Counted from the first letter of the stretch, positions 1 to 9,758 are shown. The stretch: 64,000 nucleotides of DNA from Candidatus Nomurabacteria bacterium RIFCSPHIGHO2_02_FULL_42_19 (GCA_001785615.1 MFUG01000013.1:11006-75005); one strand, 5' to 3'. The notes: a model not told the origin generated them from the sequence alone. Numbers and translations are program-made.

Positions 1-429
1 GAATTCATTGGCAAGCTCTATTTGCTCTACGAATGCTTGCTTTTGTTTAGAAATTGACTCGCTATCTAGCCGATAATAATCAAGTCCACACTCGCCTATG
101 GCTACTACCTTAGGATCTTTTAAAAGTTCTCTGTATTTATTTTTATCAAATATTTCCCCGCGTGAAGTAAATTCTTTGCCGCCTTCCCCTAATTCTTTAA
201 TATCATGAAACGAGGCGCCGGTATGTATCGGATGAAGTCCTACGATTGCGTACACACCTTTTTTATATTGATTCGCCATTTCAACCGCTTTAATAGAAGT
301 ATGCACTTGCGTGCCGACATTTATAACCCAAGTATCCCGCTCTAGCGCGCGTTTGATTACTTCCTCCCTATCCGCATCAAAAGCGGTAAAGTTGACATGG
401 GAGTGTATGTCTATATATTTTGGGGTCAT
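1..429 (-). CDS. tatD: TatD family deoxyribonuclease (runs off the window edge)
   Basis: Manual translation from ATG at 429: MTPKYIDIHSHVNF...VGLHPIH...VVAIGECGLDYY, the TatD DxHxH, GLHP and GECGLD motifs; directly follows metG. Confidence 0.85.
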   Translation of the reverse strand, partial: MTPKYIDIHSHVNFTAFDADREEVIKRALERDTWVINVGTQVHTSIKAVEMANQYKKGVYAIVGLHPIHTGASFHDIKELGEGGKEFTSRGEIFDKNKYRELLKDPKVVAIGECGLDYYRLDSESISKQKQAFVEQIELANEF

Positions 430-430
430 A

Positions 431-1900
431 TTAGTCCTTGCGCAAAAATAACGGCTGGTCGGGTTTTTTGTTTTCTTTTATCAGTTTTTTAAGCAACTCA
501 TTAGTGCTAGGCATTATCGGATTTAGCATTCTAGCTATTTTATACAAGCGGATAACAGCGGAAGAAATTAATTCTTTCCCCTTTTTTTCGTCTACTTTTA
601 TAACCTTAAACGGTTCCGTTTCTTGAATAAATTTATCAAGTTCACTGATTTCTTTCCAAGTAAAATCCACTGCTTTATTAATTTCAAATTTATCCAAGTA
701 ATCTTTCCATTCTTGCGGGATAGAATGCTCTGGAATTTCTGGACACTTGTTTAAATACTTCTCGGATAAAGTTAAAATACGACTTACCAAATTCCCCAAC
801 CCATTTGCCAGATTCGCATTGTATGCCTCTTTAAACCTTTCCATAGTAAAAGGACTGTCTTCAAATGAAGAAATCTCACGCAAAAGAAAATAACGCAATG
901 CGTCTGTGCCATATTCTTTTACAACTTCTATAGGATCTATGCCATTCCCTAGGGATTTAGACATTTTTATTCCGCCCTCGCCGGTGATAAAACCGTGATA
1001 AACAATTGTGTCTGTAGTTGGCATTCCAACCGACATCAACATTCCCTGCCACATTACGGATTGGAATTTAACCATGTCTTTCCCAGCTATCTGAATTTTT
1101 TCTCCATTGACCCAGAACTTTTCAAAAAGACCCTCCCCTCCTGCCAGAGGAGGGGAGAGGGGATGGTGGGAGTCGGGCCAGCCCAAGGTGGAAAGATAAT
1201 TTACAAAAGCGCCAAACCATACATACATTACTTGGGCATCGTCCCCTGGTATCGGCACCCCCCAGGAAAAGCGTTTCTTGTCGCGGGAAATAGAAAAGTC
1301 CTCCATGCCTTCGGATACGAAATCAATTGCTTCACGCCGACGCCACTCTGGAAAAATTGCTTTTTCTTTTGCGAGATAATCTAAAAGCTGCTTTCTGTAA
1401 TTTGCTAATCTAAAAAAATAATTTTCTTCCTCCACCATCTCGGGCTTTTTATCCGGATGAAGTGAGCATTTTCCTTCCATTAGATCTTTTTCAGTAATAA
1501 ATTTTTCACATCCTACGCAATAAAGCCCTCTGTATTTTTTTTTATAAATATCACCCTTAGCGTCACAAAGACGCCAAAATTCCTGCGCTGCTTTCACGTG
1601 TTCTCCGCTTGTGGTTCTGATAAAATTATCGTAGGAGAGATTTAACACATCTTTCAGGCCCAGAAACTTCTCTGCATAAAAATCCACATAACTTTGCACA
1701 TCCTTGTCTTCCTTTAAACTTCCCTCCCAGATTTTTTGACCATATTCGTCTGTGCCAGTACTGAAAAATACATCGCGTCCTACTAGCCGCTGATATCGTG
1801 CCATCGCATCCGCTTGCACAAGCTCAAGCGCAAAGCCAATATGAGGATCCGCATTCACATATGGAATCGTGGTCGTAATGTAAAAACTATTTTTTTTCAT
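431..1900 (-). CDS. metG: Methionine--tRNA ligase
   Basis: YVNADPHIG (HIGH), KMSKS, zinc knuckle CVGCE, DFSISR. Confidence 0.95.
   Translation of the reverse strand: MKKNSFYITTTIPYVNADPHIGFALELVQADAMARYQRLVGRDVFFSTGTDEYGQKIWEGSLKEDKDVQSYVDFYAEKFLGLKDVLNLSYDNFIRTTSGEHVKAAQEFWRLCDAKGDIYKKKYRGLYCVGCEKFITEKDLMEGKCSLHPDKKPEMVEEENYFFRLANYRKQLLDYLAKEKAIFPEWRRREAIDFVSEGMEDFSISRDKKRFSWGVPIPGDDAQVMYVWFGAFVNYLSTLGWPDSHHPLSPPLAGGEGLFEKFWVNGEKIQIAGKDMVKFQSVMWQGMLMSVGMPTTDTIVYHGFITGEGGIKMSKSLGNGIDPIEVVKEYGTDALRYFLLREISSFEDSPFTMERFKEAYNANLANGLGNLVSRILTLSEKYLNKCPEIPEHSIPQEWKDYLDKFEINKAVDFTWKEISELDKFIQETEPFKVIKVDEKKGKELISSAVIRLYKIARMLNPIMPSTNELLKKLIKENKKPDQPLFLRKD
1131..1161. repeat. GC-rich REP-like hairpin inserted in-frame in metG
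   Basis: CCCTCCCCTCCT-GCCAG-AGGAGGGGAGAGGG, translated as the extra segment HPLSPPLAGGEG. Confidence 0.6.
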
Positions 1901-1903
1901 TCG

Positions 1904-2977
1904 TTATTTATCGTTGGTTTTGGTTAAAATTTTACGTTTCTCAATATCATTCGAGAGCTCCACTACCAGAATAGACAAGGGAATCGCCAATACTACTCCC
2001 CAGAAAGAGGCAAGTTCAAAACCAATTAAAGCGGCAAGAATTATGACGATAGGTGAAAGCCCTACCACTTTTTTGATAATTAAAGGAGCAAAAAGGAAGA
2101 CCTCAAATTGATGCACAATCAGGTAGGCCCCAGTTACCATTAGCGCGCTGCCAAGACCGCCGGAAAGATAAGAAAAGGAAATAGCGGGTATCAAAGCGAC
2201 GAGAATTCCATAGGGGATGAGTTCCATTATGCCGGCAATAATAGCCAGGAGCAGGGCATACTGTACCCCTAACAGAGAGAGCGTCAGATAAATCAGAACA
2301 CCGACGACCAAGCCAAGCAGAAGCTGACCCTTAACCCATAAAGCAATTTTGCGACTGGAGCGATTCCATAAATCCACCACATAATCCTCGTGTTTTATGG
2401 GTAAAATAACTCTTAAAAAATTTTCTATCCCTCTTTCTTGAATTGAAAGATAAAAAGAAATAAGAATAATCATGCCTACGTTGAAAATACTGCCGAAGGC
2501 CACGGAAAGTGTTTGGAAAAATCCACCGGAGAGATTTTCGATGAAGGCCTTGGACACCGCAGTCAGCGATGAAAACGATAAATTGTGTGATAAATTTGCG
2601 ACAATATCTTTGGCTCCAGAGAAGGCCTCGTTTTGAAAATAATTTAAAAAGTACACACCGGGAACGTAGGAAGAAAGGGCCGAGGAAAAATTATAAACTT
2701 CGGTGATTAAAAGTGGGGCGAAAAGATAAAATATTCCAGCCAGGGCAAGGATGGATACAGCGTATAAAAGAACTATGCCGAAAATTCTGCCGATTTTTAT
2801 TTTGCGGAAGTGAGGAACCGCTGATTCCACGAAAGAGGCAATGATAATAGAGGTTAGAATAATAAGGATTAGGTCTCGTAAGAACCAAAGCAAAAAGATG
2901 CCAAGAAGAACCAGGGCAGCTCGAACCATTGTCCCGGTAGTTATGGAAAAATGGGCTACATCATTTCTTTCTTGCAT
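1904..2977 (-). CDS. AI-2E family (PerM-like) transporter
   Basis: Multi-TM protein with ELIPYG and GLSP..IILA motifs; start chosen at MQERN. Confidence 0.85.
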   Translation of the reverse strand: MQERNDVAHFSITTGTMVRAALVLLGIFLLWFLRDLILIILTSIIIASFVESAVPHFRKIKIGRIFGIVLLYAVSILALAGIFYLFAPLLITEVYNFSSALSSYVPGVYFLNYFQNEAFSGAKDIVANLSHNLSFSSLTAVSKAFIENLSGGFFQTLSVAFGSIFNVGMIILISFYLSIQERGIENFLRVILPIKHEDYVVDLWNRSSRKIALWVKGQLLLGLVVGVLIYLTLSLLGVQYALLLAIIAGIMELIPYGILVALIPAISFSYLSGGLGSALMVTGAYLIVHQFEVFLFAPLIIKKVVGLSPIVIILAALIGFELASFWGVVLAIPLSILVVELSNDIEKRKILTKTNDK

Positions 2978-3020
2978 AGGAACATAATACCACAAATATT
3001 ACAGATGAAAAGCAAACAAA

Positions 3021-4289
3021 CTAAAACTTTAGTTTTCTCAAAAACTTGGATTTTTTCTTAAAAGGTCCAATGAGCGCCAGATTAAGTTTGTTATTCTTGA
3101 AAATGTGCTGGGCTAGAGTTTTTATTTGGCTAGCGGTAACACGGCGTATTTTATCTATTTTGTCTTCTGCATTTTTTGTTTCGCGTTTTAATAGTTCCTG
3201 CCCTCCATAAAAATTGGCGATGTCATCAGTGGACTCAAGCGAGAGCTTCAGGTTGCCTATCAGGCATTCTTTTACCTTATTTAATTCTTCCTCTTCTACT
3301 TTGTAAATTTTTAGCTTCCGACATTCCTCTAGTACTGCCTTTATCACTTCGGCTATCCTTTTATTATCCACTCCGGCAGAAATTTGAAAAAATCCGTGGT
3401 CAGTATAAGCGTCGTTATACGCGCGAACATAATATCCTACTCCCATCTCCTCGCGTAATTTTTGAAAAAGTCGGGAGCTCATTCCGCCACCCAAAATTCC
3501 GCCTAATACTGAAAGTATTGCGCTTTTTTTGCTAAACAAATCATGGGTGCGTACGCCCAACACGAAATGTGTTTGGTCTGTTTTCTTGAATTTAACTAGG
3601 GCGCATGGCTTTTTCTGTATTTCTTTCACTTTAACTTTTTTTGCTTTTTTCCCACGGGAAACATTATCAAAAATCTTTTTTATTTCTTTCAGCACTTCCT
3701 TTTCATTCACCTGCCCGACCACTACGATCACCGTGGCCTCCGGTAGATAGTGCTCTTCTTTATAGCGCACAAAATCATCCCGTTTCATTCTGAAAATATT
3801 TTTTTTAGAACCGGCAATATTCCAGCCCGCTGGCTGATCGCCATAAAGTAGTTTCATGACCAGGTCCTGCACATGTCGGTTCGGCATATCTTCATACATA
3901 TTTATCTCTTCAATGATTACTCCTTTCTCCTTTTCTATTTCTTGTTCTGGGAAAGTGGAATTAAGATAGACATCTGAAACAACATCCAGAATTTGCTTAA
4001 AATGCTTCGCATCGGACTTGGCATAGTAACCTGTATATTCTTGGGCGGTAAAAGCATTATATTCACTCCCTAGGGCGTCTAATTCTTTGGAAATGTCTAT
4101 CGCTTTGGGCCTGCGGAGTGTTCCCTTAAAACACATATGTTCTAAAAAGTGGGAGATGCCGTTTAATTTTTTCGTTTCGTACTTGCTGCCCGCTTCCACC
4201 AAAACCAAGACCGTCACCGTCGGATTATCCTGCATCGGAATAGTTACCACCCGCAGTCCGTTTTTAAGAGTTGTTTTTGAGAATCCCAT
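3021..4289 (-). CDS. M16 family zinc peptidase (pitrilysin-like)
   Basis: HFLEHM inverted zinc motif, NAFT, SSRLFQKLRE. Confidence 0.92.
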   Translation of the reverse strand: MGFSKTTLKNGLRVVTIPMQDNPTVTVLVLVEAGSKYETKKLNGISHFLEHMCFKGTLRRPKAIDISKELDALGSEYNAFTAQEYTGYYAKSDAKHFKQILDVVSDVYLNSTFPEQEIEKEKGVIIEEINMYEDMPNRHVQDLVMKLLYGDQPAGWNIAGSKKNIFRMKRDDFVRYKEEHYLPEATVIVVVGQVNEKEVLKEIKKIFDNVSRGKKAKKVKVKEIQKKPCALVKFKKTDQTHFVLGVRTHDLFSKKSAILSVLGGILGGGMSSRLFQKLREEMGVGYYVRAYNDAYTDHGFFQISAGVDNKRIAEVIKAVLEECRKLKIYKVEEEELNKVKECLIGNLKLSLESTDDIANFYGGQELLKRETKNAEDKIDKIRRVTASQIKTLAQHIFKNNKLNLALIGPFKKKSKFLRKLKF

Positions 4290-4323
4290 CGTTAAAATAT
4301 ATCACGCCATATAAATCTTCACA

Positions 4324-4367
4324 ATAATTGCCTATTTTTACGCTATAGCGTAATTATAAGCAATAAT
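4324..4367. repeat. Palindromic flanking repeat, cassette 1 downstream copy
   Basis: ATTGCCTATTTTTACGCTA|TAGCGTAATTATAAGCAAT; perfect core TTACGCTATAGCGTAA; abuts the stop codon at 4368-4370. Confidence 0.9.
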
Positions 4368-4955
4368 CTAACAAGGTAGGTTAAAAACTTCTCGAATGCG
4401 CCTATCATTTTCAATACTGTCAGCAATAACATAGAGGAGATCCTTGCCAATTTTAAAGTCTGCCTTGAGAAGCATTACCAGATCTTCGCAGTCGTAGGGG
4501 AAAATCCACACACTATCTTGTAAATAATGAAACCCGATTTGCTTAAGTGTGCTACGTATTTTTTCACGCGTATTTTTTCTTTTCTCTTTTACGTCAAATA
4601 TAAGCATTCTCCACTTCCCATCCCAGCGCCTTGGCCTCTCGAATTGATAATCCTTTAATTCAAATTGGCGAAGCTTCGCCTCTCCTTTTGGGGTCAAACG
4701 AGCGAAGGTTCCATTTTCCGTTTGCTCAAAAATTATCAATCCTTCATTTTTTAGCCTATTCCAGGATCGATTAACAGAATATTTACCGAATTTATTCTTC
4801 ATAAATTGCGGCTCGATTTGAGCTAGAACTTTCGTCATCTTTGGGGCTACTAAAGCAACACTCAACCCACCCAAGGCAAATACTGTGCTTAAAATTGCCT
4901 TTTGAATATTTGCCTTTTTTGAGCGTTTTCTTGAAGCTTTTTCTAACTGCCCCAT
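4368..4955 (-). CDS. PaaX-like protein (wHTH + Cas2-like ferredoxin-fold domain), copy 1
   Basis: RLTPKG wing, then WDGKWRMLIFDV...GFHYLQDSVWIFPYDC; ORF track starts at 4970, ATG at 4955 preferred. Confidence 0.8.
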   Translation of the reverse strand: MGQLEKASRKRSKKANIQKAILSTVFALGGLSVALVAPKMTKVLAQIEPQFMKNKFGKYSVNRSWNRLKNEGLIIFEQTENGTFARLTPKGEAKLRQFELKDYQFERPRRWDGKWRMLIFDVKEKRKNTREKIRSTLKQIGFHYLQDSVWIFPYDCEDLVMLLKADFKIGKDLLYVIADSIENDRRIREVFNLPC

Positions 4956-4971
4956 GTAATCATAATACACT

Positions 4972-5009
4972 ATTGCCTATTTTTACGCTATAGCATAATT
5001 ATAGACAAC
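4972..5009. repeat. Palindromic flanking repeat, cassette 1 upstream copy (over promoter)
   Basis: ATTGCCTATTTTTACGCTA|TAGCATAATTATAGACAAC; 34/38 identical to 4327-4364. Confidence 0.9.
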
Positions 5010-5014
5010 AAGTT

Positions 5015-5277
5015 TTATAACTTGCCTTTATATAATTTCAAGAAATTCGGTAACCCAAAAATTCATAATCTAAAATATCGGTAGAATATTCTTCTTTTAT
5101 TTCTTTCTTAAGAGTGTTCTCAATAGTATCCCCAAACTCGACTCCCCCGCCGCCGGGATCCCAGGTCCCTTTTTCGTCTCTGGAATTTTGTCCTCTTTTA
5201 CTTAAAAGAACATTTTTTTTCCCGTCATGGCAAAAGTAAACTACTGCAATTCCGGTATAATCTTCACCTCTTTTCAT
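5015..5277 (-). pseudogene. NUDIX hydrolase, truncated or internally deleted
   Basis: Nudix box GGGVEFGDTIENTLKKEIKEE, then early stop at 5038; a plausible C-terminus LPNFLKLYKGKL* lies in another frame ending at 5015. Confidence 0.6.
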
Positions 5278-5278
5278 A

Positions 5279-6520
5279 TTAGATTTTTTCTTCAATATAT
5301 TTTACTAGGTCAGAAACCTTTATTCGCTCTTGTAGGGCAGTATCGCGGTCGCGGATGGTGACAGTATCGTCTTTCAGCGTGTCAAAATCAATGACGATGC
5401 AGTAAGGGGTGCCGATTTCGTCCTGCCGACGATAACGCTTGCCGATATTGCCGTTATCGTCCCAGGCCACGCGACCGAATTCGGCCTTGAGGGGCGCATA
5501 GACCTTGGTATTGGCATATTCTACTAACTCGGGTTTATTCTTTAGAAGTGGCGAGACGGCGCAAATAACTGGCGCCATGTTGGGTTTAAACTTGAGATAC
5601 ACTCTGGGGCCGTCCTTTTCGCCTGCCCCGTTGGAAACTTGCTTTCCTTCGGGGTCTTCTTTATAAGCAGAAAGAAGAAGCGCGAGAACTGCGCGATCCA
5701 CCCCGAAAGTTGGCTCAATTACATGTGGTACTATTTTTTCATTTTTCTCTTCATCAATGTAATCAAGCTTATGATTACTTAAATCAAAATTCGTTCGGTA
5801 AGCCAGGCCGAAAAGTTCTTTACGTCCGAAAGGATAATCGAATTCAAAGTCAGTCGTTCTTTTGGAATAATGTGCTCTCTCCCCATTCGGAACCTCAAGT
5901 TCGTGCACTTTTGTCATATCAATGCCTATTTCTTTCATCCATTCAAGCATTTCATCCTTCCAGTATTCAAAATATTTTTCCCATTCGGATGCTCTTACAA
6001 AATATTCTATTTCCATCTGTTCAAACTCACGCTGACGAAAAAGAAAATCGCGAGGAGCGATTTCATTTCGGAAGGCCTTACCTATTTGGGCAATACCGAA
6101 AGGTAGCTTGGGATGATGGGCGTCAATTAGGTTCTTGAAATTTACAAAAATCCCCTGTGCGGTTTCCGGGCGTAAATAGGAGGTAATAGCTTCTTCGCCT
6201 GCCCCCACTTGGGTTTGAAACATTTCGTTAAATTTTTTACCCTCGGGGGTTGTGCTTAAAAACCCGGCTACGTGACCCGAAGCAACCCAAACTTTTGGAT
6301 TAAAAATGATGGAAGAATTCAGGCCATACATATCACGCCTGGAATCAACAAACTTTTTCCACCAAGAATTTTTTATATTGTTTTGCAACGCAAGACCGTA
6401 ATGTCCATAATCGTAAAAACCGGCCAGTCCTCCATAAATTTCCGAACTCTGGAAAACAAAACCGCGCCTTTTGCAAAGCGAAACAATTTTCTCCATTAGA
6501 TTGTCATCAGTTTTTGACAT
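5279..6520 (-). CDS. glyQS: Glycine--tRNA ligase (alpha2 type)
   Basis: LRPETAQGIF, FRNEI, REFEQMEIE, IGKRYRRQDEIGTP. Confidence 0.95.
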   Translation of the reverse strand: MSKTDDNLMEKIVSLCKRRGFVFQSSEIYGGLAGFYDYGHYGLALQNNIKNSWWKKFVDSRRDMYGLNSSIIFNPKVWVASGHVAGFLSTTPEGKKFNEMFQTQVGAGEEAITSYLRPETAQGIFVNFKNLIDAHHPKLPFGIAQIGKAFRNEIAPRDFLFRQREFEQMEIEYFVRASEWEKYFEYWKDEMLEWMKEIGIDMTKVHELEVPNGERAHYSKRTTDFEFDYPFGRKELFGLAYRTNFDLSNHKLDYIDEEKNEKIVPHVIEPTFGVDRAVLALLLSAYKEDPEGKQVSNGAGEKDGPRVYLKFKPNMAPVICAVSPLLKNKPELVEYANTKVYAPLKAEFGRVAWDDNGNIGKRYRRQDEIGTPYCIVIDFDTLKDDTVTIRDRDTALQERIKVSDLVKYIEEKI

Positions 6521-6524
6521 ATTT

Positions 6525-8456
6525 TTATTCAACTACCCGGTCTCCGTTCGACGGGAAAGCGGAATCATTTACCAGCCGAGTATTAAGCGATGCTTTATTA
6601 ACTCTGATATCCAGATTAGCAAAATCGTCGTGCCCAGTCAAAGTTGCGTCGTTTATAATAACAGGAATGGTATTAACTTGAGACAACGAAGGGATAAAGG
6701 TGACAACAAAAGAGACCTCCTTGCCGGTAGTTGTGATCCCTGTTCCCCTCGGAATATTGCCTATATTCCAGATTATTTCTTTGGTTGAAGAATTATAAAT
6801 TAAATCCTCCGACGAAGGAGAAAATTTTCCTGCAAAATTTATCCACGGGGGAAGGGTAGAGCGTACGGACGCTTTAGAAATATTGTTGGCGGTATTAGAA
6901 AGAGACCACGCCACAGTATAAGTCGTTTCTTCTTCGGCCTTGGGGGGAATAGCTCCGGTATTCTTAAAAGGTCCGGAAAAATAAAGCGCTTTCGCGGCCA
7001 GTCCCGTATCAGAAATAATTTTAATTACCGAGGATTCTTTGTTGCCCAGGTCTTTGGATTCATACCCGGCGAGCGTTTGCTGCCCTGAAATATCTACGTC
7101 AATATTTATAGAAGGGTTAGCCAGCATGCCACTTGAGGCAGAAAATAGGGAGAGGGAGGAAATAGAAAAACTCACTGATCCAGAATCCCCCGGGTCTATT
7201 TCCTTAAATCTACTAATGGAATTTTTGTCCCAAATAATTACATCTTCGGATGAATTATAAAAGCCCTGCTTGGCAAAGATGGTTTTGCGATTGACCGCAT
7301 TCCCAGAAATTTTCGCGCGAATTTCCAGATCACTTATCTTGGTATCCAAGTTGTTGGTAAAACGAACTTCGGCATTAATGGGGGTACCAGAATAGCTAGA
7401 ATATTCTCTTTGACTTGCACCATCGATAAAAAACTTCGCCTCAATAAGAGGTTTTTTAATAACGACTGTCTGCTTTAAGGAGTTGAAAACGGTGCCAATA
7501 GTGGACTTGTCGGCAGCGGATTGTGACCCGCTCCAAACGTGAAAGGTTTTTTCTTCACCGTCAAAAACATCCAATATCTTGCCTTCGACGTAAATATTTT
7601 TGTCTGCCCCAGGAGCCAGATCCCCTAAGTCCCAAATATTATTGCCAAATGAGGGGGCCGGCGTTGCCTTGGTAAATTGAAAACCGACAGGATAATCAAG
7701 CCGCAGAAGCATCTTGGCCGCCGGCCGCGTAGCGTTCAGTGTGGCTTTTACTTTCAGGGTCATATTTTGATTTGGGCTTACGGAAGTCGGAAGATCCAGT
7801 GAAAGATTTATCGGGGTAGAGTTTATAGTTACTTCATATGATTTTTCCTTTACGAAAATAGCGTTGGATCCTTCTACCCGATACTCAATAGAAATTTTAA
7901 TGGGGCGAATACTGCCTTGTTCGCCAAAAAGAACTACTCTTACATTTTCATTTCTAATTACTCCCGGCGGAATAGTGCCTAGGGACTCGCGGATGCGTTC
8001 TGTTTCCGACCCCAGATTGACTTCTGAATTTTTGGGGTATTCCACAACCAGGTCGACAAGTTCCAGCGCCGAGGTATTTCTATTGGTTATACCAATCTGT
8101 AACGGTAGTTCTTCTCCGCCAGCAGTAAAAGCATTTCCCAGAATAGAGATATCTATGTTGTTGTTGGAAACGGTATTGCTTTCAACAAAAAACATGTAGG
8201 AGGCATATCCGACAGCCAAAATAAAAAAACCTACAGAAAAAATGAAAAACTTCTTAAAGAGAGACGTTTTTATAAAAAATTTTTCCCCTAAATCTTGCGC
8301 CACCCGTCCGCTAGTCCTCCAAACGTCCGGAACGTCCTTCGTTTCTAAGGGAGTAAAATTATCTCGATGCTCTACCTTTGTTTTATAACTTTTACTGAAA
8401 AGTTTGCTTTTTAGTTCTTCTATTCTGTTTAATTTATCTCCATCGCCTGATACCAT
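6525..8456 (-). CDS. Membrane-anchored protein with repeated beta-rich (Ig-like) domains
   Basis: 643-aa ORF, single N-terminal TM, repeated W.LG.L/W.IG motifs. Confidence 0.6.
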   Translation of the reverse strand: MVSGDGDKLNRIEELKSKLFSKSYKTKVEHRDNFTPLETKDVPDVWRTSGRVAQDLGEKFFIKTSLFKKFFIFSVGFFILAVGYASYMFFVESNTVSNNNIDISILGNAFTAGGEELPLQIGITNRNTSALELVDLVVEYPKNSEVNLGSETERIRESLGTIPPGVIRNENVRVVLFGEQGSIRPIKISIEYRVEGSNAIFVKEKSYEVTINSTPINLSLDLPTSVSPNQNMTLKVKATLNATRPAAKMLLRLDYPVGFQFTKATPAPSFGNNIWDLGDLAPGADKNIYVEGKILDVFDGEEKTFHVWSGSQSAADKSTIGTVFNSLKQTVVIKKPLIEAKFFIDGASQREYSSYSGTPINAEVRFTNNLDTKISDLEIRAKISGNAVNRKTIFAKQGFYNSSEDVIIWDKNSISRFKEIDPGDSGSVSFSISSLSLFSASSGMLANPSINIDVDISGQQTLAGYESKDLGNKESSVIKIISDTGLAAKALYFSGPFKNTGAIPPKAEEETTYTVAWSLSNTANNISKASVRSTLPPWINFAGKFSPSSEDLIYNSSTKEIIWNIGNIPRGTGITTTGKEVSFVVTFIPSLSQVNTIPVIINDATLTGHDDFANLDIRVNKASLNTRLVNDSAFPSNGDRVVE

Positions 8457-8472
8457 CCCTTTATTATACCAT

Positions 8473-8509
8473 CCCGAACGAGATTGAGAAAATCTCTGAC
8501 GGGACAGGC
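8473..8509. repeat. Intergenic REP-like hairpin
   Basis: CCCG..GAGATT GAGA AAATCTC TGACGGGACAGGC; tail resembles the glyQS insert at 5621-5640. Confidence 0.45.
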
Positions 8510-8512
8510 ATT

Positions 8513-9043
8513 TTATAAATGTGTTTCTTTCAGAACTCGATTTATTAAAGAGACCGCTTGGGCTTTGTTCCTGGCCTCGTATCCTCCCTCAACATAACCA
8601 AGTTTCTCTAAAATACCTAGGACAAGGGTTATTTCATAATCTTCAAATTCTTCCTGGGAGTGCGCATTCTCAACACTCGACAACCCCATAATTATTTCCT
8701 TAAACAATGGCTCATTCGCCTCCGTCCCGGGCAGTAAGCGTTTAAGTAGACGAGAGACATTGCTAAAAATTTTTAAACTTTCCCGTTTTTTGGTAATATT
8801 TTCCAGATAGCTTGTTTTTTCCGCAGTGGTAATACGCCAGAAGTCCTTACCTTGCACTAGGTCAATTTTTAAGTAAGCGAAATCCTGCAGCACAAAACGA
8901 AGTTTCGAGGACATTTTGCGCACGCCCGAGGCCGAAGCATAGATCATCCCGAGATCGCGAGTGAAAACGTAATAATACCTCCCCGCCTCTCCAAAATTTT
9001 TACTCCCCAATATTATCCCCTCGGTGTGGTAAATGTGATGCAT
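8513..9043 (-). CDS. recO: DNA repair protein RecO (short form)
   Basis: TEGIILGSKNFGEA...TRDLGMIYASASGVRK..SKLR, RecO OB-fold N-terminus. Confidence 0.8.
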   Translation of the reverse strand: MHHIYHTEGIILGSKNFGEAGRYYYVFTRDLGMIYASASGVRKMSSKLRFVLQDFAYLKIDLVQGKDFWRITTAEKTSYLENITKKRESLKIFSNVSRLLKRLLPGTEANEPLFKEIIMGLSSVENAHSQEEFEDYEITLVLGILEKLGYVEGGYEARNKAQAVSLINRVLKETHL

Positions 9044-9201
9044 GATTAGGGTAGCTTAACTAAATGCCAAGACCAATTTTCTAGAAAAAGGGTCTTTCGC
9101 TCTGCTCGCCCATGACTCTGTATATTTATTATAATAACTTAAATTTCTTTTGACTTCCTTCCTCATATATTTATTTTATCATATTCCTTCTCAGTTTATC
9201 T

Positions 9202-9241
9202 AACATAACACTACATCGCGACCGCGATAGATTGTTATGTT
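9202..9241. repeat. Palindromic flanking repeat, cassette 2 downstream copy (contains stop codon)
   Basis: AACATAACACTACATCGCGA|CCGCGATAGATTGTTATGTT. Confidence 0.85.
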
Positions 9242-9708
9242 GCTTTTCTAACCCTAAACACACGGATGTTTTCATAAATACCAAGAACTCTCAACCTCTC
9301 ACCAAATTCTTTTGGTAGAGGACCATGACCAAGCCATAAGCTTTTATGAATCATCTCAAAATCCCAATATTTTATCTGATTGCGGAGCCAGTCCCTAGTT
9401 TTTTTCTTGGTTTCAGGTATATCAAAAGATAGCAACACTCTTTCGGTCTTGCCTGGATAAATATTTTTCATCACCGAGTTATTCTTTACGGCAAGTTTAG
9501 CTAAATCCTCTCGACAAATATGAATGGTCTCGCCGTCTGTCTCAACAACCCCCTGCTTTCCTAACCGATAAATGCGTTGCCGAAAAGCTTCCGGAGTTAG
9601 GTTTTTTTGCCTTGCTCGCATTCTTTTCCACAACATCTTCCTGTATATTTTTGTTGAACGAGAAGACAGTAAAAATGCTATTAAGTGATCTACTATCGTC
9701 GGTTGCAT
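9235..9708 (-). CDS. PaaX-like protein (wHTH + Cas2-like domain), copy 2
   Basis: AFRQRIYRLGKQGVV helix; LLSFDIPETKKKTRDWLR...IHKSLWLG. Confidence 0.75.
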   Translation of the reverse strand: MQPTIVDHLIAFLLSSRSTKIYRKMLWKRMRARQKNLTPEAFRQRIYRLGKQGVVETDGETIHICREDLAKLAVKNNSVMKNIYPGKTERVLLSFDIPETKKKTRDWLRNQIKYWDFEMIHKSLWLGHGPLPKEFGERLRVLGIYENIRVFRVRKAT

Positions 9709-9717
9709 GGGTATATT

Positions 9718-9753
9718 ATAACATATTTTCGCGACCGCGAAGGAACGTTATGT
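9718..9753. repeat. Palindromic flanking repeat, cassette 2 upstream copy (arm forms extended -10)
   Basis: ATAACATATTTTCGCGA|CCGCGAAGGAACGTTATGT; minus strand reads TGTTATAAT-N6-ATG. Confidence 0.85.
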
Positions 9754-9758
9754 GTGAA

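Noticed and set aside
9056-9166. 36-aa minus-strand ORF with a leaderless-type promoter upstream of recO
   Set aside because: Too short and without a recognisable motif; may be a gene remnant, so not called.
9198-9225. Chromosomal dif site (ATCTAACATAA matches the XerD arm at 10/11)
   Set aside because: The XerC-side arm does not match, and the motif is explained as one arm of the cassette 2 palindrome. Xer involvement is not excluded but is unsupported.
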